Positions 12,958 through 24,891 of a stretch of DNA of 64,000 nucleotides are shown piece by piece; position 1 is the first letter of the stretch, and each line of letters opens with the position of its first letter. The notes under the pieces are model-generated. The model saw only the letters and a program-made list of their open reading frames with translations, had not been told where the DNA came from and made no database searches. Made by a program: the position numbers and the translations under genes. This stretch comes from Eledone cirrhosa (lineage: Eukaryota). The stretch covers positions 24,986,001-25,050,000 of the forward strand of contig OZ024750.1 in assembly GCA_964016885.1 (NCBI GenBank), written 5' to 3'.

Positions 12958-13570
12958 AATATGGTTTTATAAATATAGTTTCCATTTGTTTAATATCGTA
13001 TATATATATATATATATATATACCGTAGTTAGAACTCTATGTAACCCATTAAAATGTAGTTCAGTGAGATCTTGTGAACGGTTCCCTTGGATATTAGGTA
13101 CGAAAATGATTGTGCTACAATAAAACTCACCTCCTACATATATATATATGTAGGAGATGAGTTTTATTGTAGCACAATAAAGCAATGCAAATAATATTTT
13201 ATATTATATATATATGGAGAGAGAGAGAGAGAGAGAGAGAATAAAAAAGGCAAACACAGATACAAAACAAACAATGTTCTTACATAACTTTCAATAATAT
13301 TTGAATGAATGGCGTTCGCTAAGTTTGTACATGAAACGTACAGACGCATACATATATATACACACACACATATATACATATATATATATATACACACACA
13401 CACATATATACACACACATATATATATACATAGATAACATACATACACACATATACATAGATAACGTACATACACACAGAGACGCAAACATACATACATA
13501 AATTACAAACACACACGTGTACCTATCAACACGAACATATATATATATATATAAATAAAAGGTATAATAG

Positions 13571-13636
<66 letters not shown>

Positions 13637-14145
13637 AATTCGTATCTGTTGAAATTCTTAAGACATTTTAAAATGTTAATTTGAAATTGTAATGAAATAC
13701 TTTAAGTTAATTTCCTTATTTTTATTATTAAAGAAGAGAGGAAAAAAACTGTGCAGAAACTTGAGAAGGAATACCAAACTAAAGACCACTTGTCTACCAA
13801 TCCTTTTAATAAACAGTTTATATTAGATTAAAGCAGGATTTATATAAAAACTAAATAAATATTCTTGTCTGATCACCCTGGGATAAACAGGCGAAACTCC
13901 AGCGTAACAAGACTGAATATTTAGTCTAAATAATTGTTTCTACTTTTGGCACAAGGCCAGCAATAACCCAGTGTATTACTGGTACTTTATTTTATCGAGC
14001 CCCTAAGGATGAAAGGCAAAGTTAACCTCGGCTGGATTTGAACTCAGAATATTTAGTCTAAATAATATTGAATATTAAAACTTCAATATCGAGTACTCTT
14101 TTGTCTCTCAGCCGTCAACCTCACACACACACACACATATATACA

Positions 14146-14199
<54 letters not shown>

Positions 14200-14394
14200 C
14201 ACACAGGATGTCCCAAAAAATGTATATATTTCAACAGCATTCTAATAAATATTACCTATACACACACATATTTATATATAGAGACACACACACTAAAGTT
14301 CCCTGCCAGAAATGTATGTTTTCAATTATAAATGTCCTTCCTTTCTGTTCATTTCTATGGTAATAAATCGATCAAACAGAAACACGGTCGAGTT

Positions 14395-15097
14395 TATTGT
14401 TACTGTTGTTGTTATTGCTATTATTGTTGTTGTTATTGCTACTGTTGCTTTTGTTATTATTGCTACTACTGTTGTTGTTATTGTTATTACGACTGTTGTT
14501 ATTACTGCTATTGCTGTTGTTGCTATTATTGTTATTGCTGTTATTACTGCCATGGTTATTGCTATTGTTGTTACTACTGTTGTTATTACTGCCAACGTTA
14601 TTGCTATTGTTGTTACTACTGTTGTTATTACTGCCAACGTTATTGCTATTGTTGTTACTACTGTTGTTATTACTGCCAACGTTATTGCTATTGTTGTTAC
14701 TACTGTTGTTATTACTGCCAACGTTATTGCTATTGTTGTTACTACTGTTGTTATTACTGCCAACGTTATTGCTATTGTTGTTACTACTGTTGTTATTACT
14801 GCCAACGTTATTGCTATTGTTGTTACTACTGTTGTTATTACTGCCAACGTTATTGCTATTGTTGTTACTACTGTTGTTATTACTGCCAACGTTATTGCTA
14901 TTGTTGTTACTACTGTTATTATTACTGCCATCGTTGTTATTACTGTTGTTATTATTACTGCCATCGTTATTGCTATTGTTGTTGTTACTAGTTATTATTA
15001 CTGCCATGGTTATTACTACTGTAGTTATTACTGTTGTTATTATTACTGCCATCGTTATAGCTATTGTTGTTGTTACTGCTATCATCGCTATTGTTAT
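14395..15097. repeat. Trinucleotide-derived array with a 42-bp core unit
   Basis: gttattgctattgttgttactactgttgttattactgccaac x about 8. Confidence 0.92.
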
Positions 15098-15389
15098 TTG
15101 GCAGGTAAATTAGTTGACTATAAAAGATATCAAATTTGAGGGTGGGTGTATTCAGGGTGTAGTAATAAATATTCTATTCACTCTTCACGACTTTTGTAGT
15201 GCTTCAATAAATTTCATTCAAAATTAATTCATTTAATGACTGACCTTCAGTAAGGCATACACCTCACAACCTCATCTCATTTCTTCAAACTATTATAATA
15301 TATTTCTAAACTATTGTTACAGTTATATCGACGTTTATATTTTTCTTTGTGCAATACCTGCTTATATATATATAAAACATGAGAAGAAA

Positions 15390-15426
<37 letters not shown>

Positions 15427-15795
15427 GAGAAGAAAGAATATTATATATATATATATATGTGTGTGCTGACATGGGCGTTTAATAGTCCAGGACTTAAAAC
15501 ACTTCACATTTCACCGTGTCGGGTTCATAGACAAAACATACACATTACCAAATACTATAAACTATTGCAAATATTATATTATTACCGAGTTGGTTATTTT
15601 TACTGTTGTTATCGTTACAGACATTAATCACCATCATCATCACTAACACTATGTAACTATATATAACCTCGAATTATATATGATATATGAACAGTATTAT
15701 ATATATATATATATATATATCAGAATGGAGGTGGTAAAAACCAGTTAGACCATTACTCAACAGAGTACTCGATACTTGGGGTATTGGAGTGGGTA

Positions 15796-15906
15796 ATATG
15801 AAAAATTCGGGACCCTGACGGCTGAGCTCCGGCCGTTTCAACAGCGTTCGGATCTAGCTGTTGAAACGACCGGAGCTCTAGCGTCGGGGTCCCAAATGTT
15901 TCATAT
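15796..15906. repeat. 111-bp GC-rich near-perfect hairpin inside a (TA)n-flanked Penelope-like fragment (15720-15906)
   Basis: atatgaaaaattcgggaccctgacggctgagctccggccgtttcaacagc / 11-nt loop / gctgttgaaacgaccggagctctagcgtcggggtcccaaatgtttcatat. Confidence 0.9.
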
Positions 15907-16006
15907 ATATATATACAGATAGATATCAGTATGAAGCGATGAGAGGGTGTGTAAAATAATAATGCAGAGAAAATATCAACATCTAAACCAAAATAAAAAA
16001 TCTTAC

Positions 16007-16026
16007 GTTAGGACTGGATATTCCAT
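16007..16026 (-). CDS. Candidate alternative first coding exon MEYPVL(T) with 5' UTR upstream
   Basis: ATG at 16026 and strong donor AAC|GTAAGA at 16005-16006, phase 2 like the 24673 exon. Unique UTR-like sequence lies at 16027-16230. Confidence 0.3.
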
Positions 16027-16231
16027 GTTATAATAATTGTGTTTGGAGCTCAATAAATAGAAATTCGGCAAATTGTAATTGTTAAAACAAAGATGAAATG
16101 TTTCCCAACTGATATATTGATGAGAGGGGGAGTAGAAAATGAAGATTCATTGTAGTATGCGGTTCTGGTTTCGGATATTTAGCAGAGTGGTGTGGATGGA
16201 ATCCTCTCATTGAGGGTAGATTATTATACGA

Positions 16232-17335
16232 GATTTAGAGACAGTGTAGAGAGAGGTGGAGGGAAAAGATAGATAGAGGGAGGGAGAGGGCTGAGATAGA
16301 TAGAGGAGAGAGAGAGACAGACAGATATGTGTGTGAATAGAGACGGTTTAGGAAACGAGAAATTGATAGATATAAATATATGGGTACATACTTCTACCTT
16401 TTTCTTTTTTTTTTTATATAGGTAAATACAGAGACAAACAGTCAGACGCTCAGACAGATATAGATAGATATGTTTCTGAGATAGATAGAAAGACAAACAG
16501 AGGGAGATAGACGGATAGAGAGTCAGACAGACAAAGGGAGGGAGGGAGGGAAATAGAGGGATAGAGAGAGACAGATAGACGAATAGAAATACAGACAGCT
16601 AGAGAGAGAGATAGACGGATAGAAAGAAAGAGAGAGAAAAGAAGATAGACGAATAGAGAGAAGGAGATGGTGAGTAATTTAGGAGTGGAAATGATCGAGA
16701 AGAAGGGAGAGAGAAAGAAAAAAATGAAGATGTTTTCGTCTTGAGTTATCCCAAGTTGGAGGCCAATCGGCGATAATTACAGCTCGGCTGGACATTTCAA
16801 AGATTTAAGTTACAGAATGGAGGAAGGGAAAGACAAGAGAGAGAGAGAGAGATGGTAGGGCGGCAAAATATAAAATATTAAGAGATAAGTTATAATATAA
16901 AGGGGAAGAATTAACGGAGAGAAGGGGAACAGAGAGAGAGAGAGAACGGGAGAAGCAGAGAATATAGGGAAGGGGGAGAGAATAGGAAGGAAGAGAGAGA
17001 ACGGAAAAAGGAAAGTATATAGGGATGAAGAGAAAGAGGGGGGTTTCATAAGGAGGAATAGGGATGGAAGGAAAGAGAGAGAGAGAGATGGTGGCGGAAA
17101 AGAAAGAGAGGAGAAATGATGGAAAGAAAGAAGGAGTAACAAAGATAGAAAGAAAGTGAAAATAAAAAGAAATGATTGATAAAGGAGATGAGAGATGACA
17201 GCAACAAATAGAATAACAATCAGAAGGGGGAGAAACAGAGGGAGAGAACAAGAGGGGAGAAAGTGAGGGGGAGGGGGGAAGGAGACAAGAGAAAGAGGGG
17301 AAGAGAAGAAATCATGGGGAAAGAGAGGAGAAAGA
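16232..17335. repeat. Purine-rich (GA/GAA) low-complexity tract
   Basis: Strong purine bias on +, interrupted by unique sequence at about 16730-16815. Confidence 0.8.
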
Positions 17336-18444
17336 ATTGTTTCTACGTTAGGCACAAGGCCAGCAATTACCCAGTGTATTACTGGTACTTTATTTTATCG
17401 ACCCCGTAAGGATGAAAGGCAAAGTTAACCTCGGCGGGAGAGAAGGAGAAAGAATACTGGGGATTGATAGATGGTAAGATCAAAATTATTTACAAGTGTG
17501 AAGATGTAAGAAATGAATGGAACAAATCGAGAAAGAAACAAGAAAATTATTTACTGACAATTTTAGCAATAAATTACATTTCAAATAATTCTAACAACTG
17601 TCTACTCTCTCTCAACTAATATTGATAGTTTTAATATAAATAAACAGAAACATAACTCTCTACTAATTAAAGTGACACAAAACACAGATAATTGTTTCTA
17701 CTTTAGGCTCAAGGCCAGCAAATTACCCAGTGCATTACTGGTACTTTATTTTATTGACCCCGTAAGGATGACACAAAACACAGATAATGTTTTCTCAGAT
17801 AATGAATTGAAGAATTGTTTTAAATTGACAAATATAGGATTTCTTACAATTATAAATAAAAGAATTAAAAGAAGTAAAATAGTATGACATAAATCTCTTC
17901 TCATGAAATATTTCTAGTGAATTCAAGAGTTAATGAATTGAAAACTTACCAATAATTAATATTCCAATAAAAAAAATTACATATTAAGAAAATAGTTTAA
18001 TATTTAGGAGTGTCTGATTAACAACTGAACGCTATGCCTTCAAAGTGAGGTGTTTCCATGGTAATTAATGCTTTATATTAACATGAATTATTTACAATGA
18101 TCCATGAAGGTAAGTGAACAAGCAGAGAGCCGAAATGAAATGTCTAACTGTATATAATGTAATTTCCTACCTGTCTGGGTATGAATCCCACTGGATTTGA
18201 CTCAAACATTCACCCATCCAGTAACCAATAGTAACTAGAATTTGCTGGATTCAATTCATCAACTTTACTCCACATTCTTACAAAACAGAGCCTTGTGTTC
18301 GGACTAAATAAACCATTAATCATATATGACACTGCCTTCAAATAATTACTCATTTACTGTTCTTCATATGTATATATATATATATATATATATTGTTATA
18401 CTTTGGGAGGGTCATGTTGCCAATAATATATGATTAAATTTAAC

Positions 18445-18512
18445 CATTCCAACAAGACATCTTTGGTAATAACACTTTATCCTCTCCAACTGTCATGAAG
18501 AAATCTCGACAA
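18445..18512 (-). CDS. Candidate small internal exon (S)CRDFFMTVGEDKVLLPKMSCWN(G)
   Basis: Acceptor tgtatctttAG; phase 2 is compatible with the 24673 donor. The donor ATG|GTTAAA is weak. Confidence 0.25.
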
Positions 18513-19695
18513 CTAAAGATACAAGCATATAAAAAAGCTACAGAAACAACATCATATACCTTTCTATGATATAATACACATGTATATGTATATATGTATA
18601 TATATATATACACATGCATACACACATGCAGAGTATAGTACCTCAAAATATAGCTAGCTTATAAATTAATACACAAAGGTCATAGCTATCAGCTAAATAC
18701 AGACAGCACATCAAATTAGAAATAAAGCAGATTATAGAAAAGAGAAATAAATATCGATATAACAAGAAAGGTAGGCAATATTTAATTAATATTTAATTAA
18801 TTATAAATAATAATTGTTTCTACATTTGGTATAAGGCCAGCAATTTTGAAGGGAAGAGGGGAAAAATCAATTAAATGAACCCCAGTGTATTACCAGTGTT
18901 TTATTTTATCAAACCAACCCCAGTGTATGACTGGTGTTTTATTTTATCGAATCTGATAAGATGAAAGGTAAAGCTAACCTGGGTAGGATTTGAACTCAGA
19001 ACGTAAAGGGCCATAACTAGGTCACAACTGACGCTCTACCGATTACTGCCAATCTACCACCCTTTAATTATAAATAATAATAATGTTTCTACTTTTGGCA
19101 CAAGGCCAGCAATTACCCCAGTGCATTACTGGTACTTTATTTTATCGACCCCGTAAGGATGAAAGGCAAAGTTAACCTCAGCAGATTTGAATTCAAAAGA
19201 TAAAGGGCCATGACTCTATGCTGCAAAGCATAGTGTCTGATGCTCTACCGATACTGCCAAATAATCAAACAAATCAATAGATGAGGCCAAGAAAATGAAA
19301 TACCAGATATAATATTTTAAAGTATGGCGGTGCCCCAGCATGACCTCAGCTGGGTGGCTGGAGCAGGTAAAAGAGTAAAAGAGTTTGGTACTTTACTATT
19401 CAGAGATGAAAGTTCCCCCATCGCTGTATACTTTACAAAATAAACTCAATTCAATCAACTATAATGGACAACTGACTGTTGGAGAGACATCAATCTCTAA
19501 GTTTGAACACAGCTGATTTCTTCCAGAGACGGAAAGGGAATGAGAGAAAGGAAGTAAGAAAGAGACACAGTGGAGCAATTGACCCCCTCCCACCACTACC
19601 AGTACTGGGCTGGTACATTTTTATTTATTTTATTACCCTCAAAAGGATGAAAGGCAAAATTGACATCAGTAACTAAATACACAAATTGTGTAAAT

Positions 19696-20676
19696 CAGAG
19701 GTTCTCAGGCATTGAGAAGGTCCAGGGGGCACTGTAGCTTAATGGGGGTAATGAGGGGGTAAAGAAGATATAATAGTATATTGAATCTCAAATGATACAT
19801 CATCATCATCATTTAACGTCTATCTTCCACGCTAGCATGGGTTTAGACGGGAATTGTCCTACTTGAGGCAAGATTGGTCGGGAGACCATGTCTCGCTCGT
19901 ATAGGGCTGTCTGGCAGGTTTTCTACGGCTGGATGCCCTTCCTAACACCAACCACGTTTACAGTGTGGTCTGGGAGGTTTTTACCATGTTACCTACACGG
20001 CCACATTACAGCGTGGACTGTGTGTGTTTTTTGTCGTGACACCTACACAACCTCATTTATTTGGGACTGGATGTTGTGGTACCAACATAACTTTACGGAG
20101 AAAGGGTGGTGTTGATGGGAGTGGAGGAGTTGGGGTAGTGGGATAAATATATTAAAATTAAAATATATATTTATCACCTTACTCAACTTGCGCTCCCCTC
20201 TCATCCACCTCCCCTAGCAGTAACCATACCTCCCCTACTACCTTGTCCACATCTTTTTCCCCCCAAGCCCCTCCACCTTCCATAGTCCCCACTGTGTTGT
20301 CAGCGACACAACAAAGGTGCCCAGTTCACACTGTGACGTGATCGTGTAGGTGTCACGACAAAAAGCACCCAGCACACACTGCCAATGTGGTTGGCGTTAG
20401 GAAGGGCATCCAACCATAGAAAACCAGCCAGAAACTCTCCTACATGTATGAGACAGTCACCCAACCCAACTTGCCTCTAATTGCGACAAACCCGTCCAAC
20501 CCATGCTAGCGTGGAAGATAGACGTTAATCAACAATGATGATGATGATGATAGTATATATTATATTATTTATAATTTGCATGTCGGCAAGTCTATCTGGA
20601 AATAGGTTGGGTGGGGGGGTTGAGGGTATTACATGGCCATGAGGGGGGGGGGGTCCAAAATGTTTGAGAACCTCTA
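19696..20676. mobile_element. hAT (Charlie/Buster-type) MITE carrying nested retroposon copies
   Basis: TIRs CAGAGGTTCTCA / TGAGAACCTCTA and perfect 8-bp TSD GTGTAAAT (19688-95, 20677-84). Confidence 0.85.
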
Positions 20677-22856
20677 GTGTAAATGATGACTTCAACTCCA
20701 GAATATATTGTTAATTATTTCATCCACTGTAAAAGGCTGACCTACATATATCAGTACTTTGAATTGATAGTTGAGGGTAAACAAGATGATGTGAAGTTCC
20801 TGCCTTTATCAATGACACTAATAACATAATTGTGTCTACTTTTTGGCACAAGGCCAGCAATTACCCAGAACATTACTGGTGAAAGTGAAATGACTATGGC
20901 TAAGAATCAAAACCAGTTTCCTGCAAACTGGCTTTTATTACGTTCTGTCCTAATAATACAAATAATTGTTTCTACTTTAGGCACCAGGCCAGCAATTACC
21001 CAGTGCATTACTGGTACTTTATTTTATCGACCCCATAAGGATGAAAGGCAAAGTCAACCTCGGCGGGATTTCAACTCAGATCGTAAAGGGATGTAACTAT
21101 GCTGGAAAGCATGGCGTCCGACCCTCTACCGATACCGCCCTAATAATACAAATAATACAAATTAACTCTTGAATTCACTAGAAATATTTCATTCTTAACA
21201 GCAGCTTAACCTATTACTATTTACAATAGTCTATATTTACTATTGTATTTTTGCAGTAAAGGCTTTATCTCACATAATATTAAATATATGAAATTTTGAT
21301 ATTATTTGTTTTGAGAAGTATATCTTAATATCAGTATGAGCAGCCAGTTACAGCTGGTTTGAACAGAAAGAGGTGAGAGAACTCTGGCCAGATATGGCCA
21401 GGTTTAACTCTTTAGCATTTACATTACTCTATATTTATTATATTTTCCCGATAAAGGCTTTATCTCACATAATTATCTCACATAATTTTGAATTTATGAG
21501 ATTCTGATATTATTTATCTTGAGAACAGTACCTTAACATCAGTATGAGTGGCCGGTTACTGGCGGTTTGAACAGAAAGAGAATTCTAACCGGATACGGCC
21601 GGTTTAAATGCTAAAGTGTTAAGAGCAATAGAAGATACACAGCTCTGAATTAGTTTCCTCACTTCTTTAGATGAAAAGATTTTATCCCAAAATATAGAGA
21701 CCAATAAACAACTCCAATATTACATCCAAACATCTTTGTTATTATCATCATCATCACCGTTTTACGTCCGTTCTTCCACGCTAGCATGGGTTAGACGGGT
21801 TGTCCTGTTGGCAGTGTCCGGTCGGCTAACCTTGTCTTGCTCATACGGGAACTGATTCTGGCTTGATTTCTACAGTTGGATGCCTTTCCTAACACCAACC
21901 TCATTTACAGTGAGTGCTGGGTGCTTTTTTCTGTGGCGCCTACACGTCCACTTTACAGTGTGGGCTGGGTGCTTTTTTTGCCGTGGCACCTCCACGACCA
22001 CTTTCATTATTTGTTTTATTATCATCATCATCATCATCTTCGTTTAACGTCTATTTTCCACGCTAGCATGGGTTAGACGGGAGTTGTCCCACTTGAGGCA
22101 AGGTTGGTCGGGTGACAGTGTCTCGCTCATATAGTATTATGTGGCAGGTTTTCTACTGCTGGATGCCCTTCCTAACACCAATCACATTTACAGTGGGGAA
22201 CTGGGAACTTTTTACCATGTTACCTACATGGCCACATTACAGCGTGGACTGTGTGTGTGTTTTTTTTTCGTGATACCTACACGATCTCGATCTCATTATC
22301 TCGTGTTGTTGTTGGTGGAAGTGGGAGGATAGGGTAGGGGTAGTGGATTGGGGTGTATATTTGGTTATTTTATTATATGTTTAACATTTACTGTTCAGTT
22401 CACATTGTGGCAGCCTTCAAACAAAACACTATTTTCTACACTTTACACAATGTTTCAAGCAAACTACAACAAACTCTAACAAATAATTGGCTCTACTTTA
22501 GGCACGAGGCCATCAATTTGAAGGGAAGGGGAACGTTGATTAAATCGACCCCAGTGCATTACTGGTGCTTTATTTTATCAACCCTGTAAGGATGAAAGGC
22601 AAATCTAACCTCAGCGGTATTTGAACTCAGAACGTAAAGGGCCAGAACTATGCTTCTCTCTTACAAATAATTTTTACTATTTTAGGCACAAGGCCAGCAA
22701 TTACCCAGTACATTACTGGTACTTTATTTTATCGACCCCGTAAGGATGAAAGGCAAAGTTAACCTCGGCAGGATTTGAACTCAGATCATAAAGGGACGTA
22801 ACTCTATGCTTCAAAGCATGGTGTCCGACTCTCTACCGATACTGCCAATCCACCAA

Positions 22857-24295
22857 AGTGTATCTATTCTACACCAGATATATACAATTATACACCAGGA
22901 TAAAGTGTATCTATTTTACACCAGATATATACAATTATACACCAGGATAATGTATCTATTTTACACCAGATATATACAGTTATACACCAGATATATACAA
23001 TTATACACCAGGATAGTGTATCTATTCTACACCAGATATATACAATTATACACCAGGAGAAAGTGTATCTATTTTACACCAGATATATACAGTTATACAC
23101 CAGGATAGTGTACCTATTCTACACCAGATATATACAATTATACACCAGGATAAAGTGTATCTATTCTACACCAGATATATACAATTATACACCAGGATAA
23201 AGTGTATCTATTTTACACCAGATATATACAATTATACACCAGGAGAAAGTGTATCTATTTTACACCAGATATATACAGTTATACACCGGGATAGTGTACC
23301 TATTCTACACCAGATATATACAATTATACACCAGGATAAAGTGTATCTATTCTACACCAGATATATACAATTATACACCAGGAGAAAGTGTATCTATTTT
23401 ACACCAGATATATACAGTTATACACCAGGATAGTGTACCTATTCTACACCAGATATATACAATTATACACCAGGATAAAGTGTATCTATTCTACACCAGA
23501 TATATACAATTATACACCAGGAGAAAGTGTATCTATTTTACACCAGATATATACAATTATACACCAGGATAAAGTGTATCTATTTTACACCAGATATATA
23601 CAATTATACACCAGGATAAAGTGTATCTATTTTACACCAGATATATACAGTTATACACCAGGATAGTGTACCTATTCTACACCAGATATATACAGTTATA
23701 CACCAGGATATAGTGTATCTCTTTTACACTATATATATATATATACAATTATACACCAGGATAAAGTGTACCTATTCTACACCAGATATATACAATTATA
23801 CACCAGGATAAAGTGTATCTATTTTACACCAGATATATACAATTATACACCAAGATAAAGTGTATCTATTTTACACCAGATATATACAATTATACACCAG
23901 GAGAAAGTGTATCTATTTTACACCAGATATATACAGTTATATACCAGGATAGTGTACCTATTCTACACCAGATATATACAATTATACACCAGGATAAAGT
24001 GTATCTATTTTACACCAGATATATACAATTATACACCAGGATAAAGTGTTCCTATTTTACACCAGATATATACAGTTATACACCAGGATAAAGTGTTCCT
24101 ATTCTACACCAGATATATACAGTTATACACCAGGATAGTGTACATATTCTACACCAGATATATAGAGTTATACACCAGGATAGTGTACCTATTCTACACC
24201 AGATATATACAGTTATACACCAGGATAGTGTACCTATTCAACACTATATATATATATATACAGTTATACACCAGGATAGTGTATCTATTCTACAC
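22857..24295. repeat. 45/47-bp minisatellite, about 30 copies
   Basis: gtgtatctattttacaccagatatataca(a/g)ttatacaccaggata(aa). Confidence 0.95.
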
Positions 24296-24672
24296 GCACA
24301 TAGCTTAGTGGTTCGAGCATTGCATTTGCAATCGAAAGGTTGTGAGTTCAGTTCTCAGACCGGGCGATGTGTTCTTTTCTTGAGCAAGACACTTTATTTC
24401 ACATTGCTCCAGTTTACTCAGCTGTAGAAATGAGATGATAGGGACTGGGGTCCCTATCATTCCACTGTAAAGTGGTCGTGGAGGCGCCACGGTAAAAAAG
24501 CACCCAGCAGTCACTGTAAATGATATTGGTGTTAGGAAGGGCATCCAGCTCTAGAAATCAAGCCAGAATCAGTTCCCATCCCGCCCTTGCAAGCAAGGAA
24601 AAGCGGACGTAAAATGATGATGATATGGAAATATACTTGGAATTCTAATTTGAAATAAAAATTTCAGATTAC

Positions 24673-24891
24673 CTGAGGATCGGTCGATGAACAATCCCAT
24701 TTGAATAAGACTGTTGAGGAAAGACAACTGGAAAATTAGATGTTACGACATCGACACTTGTTCCATCAACACTTTCAGAACTTGACTGAGAACCAGCTGT
24801 CATCATCTCTAAAAATTCATCTTCCATACTGTCTTGAGTATTTTCTGATGAATCAGACACAGAAGAGATTTTCTCTGGCAGAGAAACCATC
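24673..24891 (-). CDS. Probable coding exon (219 nt) of an unidentified minus-strand gene; acidic/Ser-rich segment MVSLPEKISSVSDSSENTQDSMEDEFLEMM...HRPIL
   Basis: Strong acceptor (T-tract + AG at 24892-24893) and donor CAG|GTAATC (24671-24672). The frame is open across the whole exon, the sequence is non-repetitive and protein-like, and the ATG lies 1 nt after the acceptor. Confidence 0.62.

Larger units (their letters stand above)
12655..13000. repeat. Perfect 153-bp inverted repeat with 40-bp spacer
   Basis: 12655-12807 is the reverse complement of 12848-13000; no mismatch seen by eye. Confidence 0.95.
12189..13107. repeat. Outer ~88-bp inverted repeat enclosing the palindrome
   Basis: 12189-12277 (ttttcgtacctaatatccaagggaaccg...gttctaactacggta) versus 13019-13107 reverse complement, about 3 mismatches. 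Confidence 0.9.

Noticed and set aside
14312-15139. Poly-Leu, Cys/Tyr-rich and Asn-rich ORFs
   Set aside because: A trinucleotide-derived repeat that is open in several frames on both strands.
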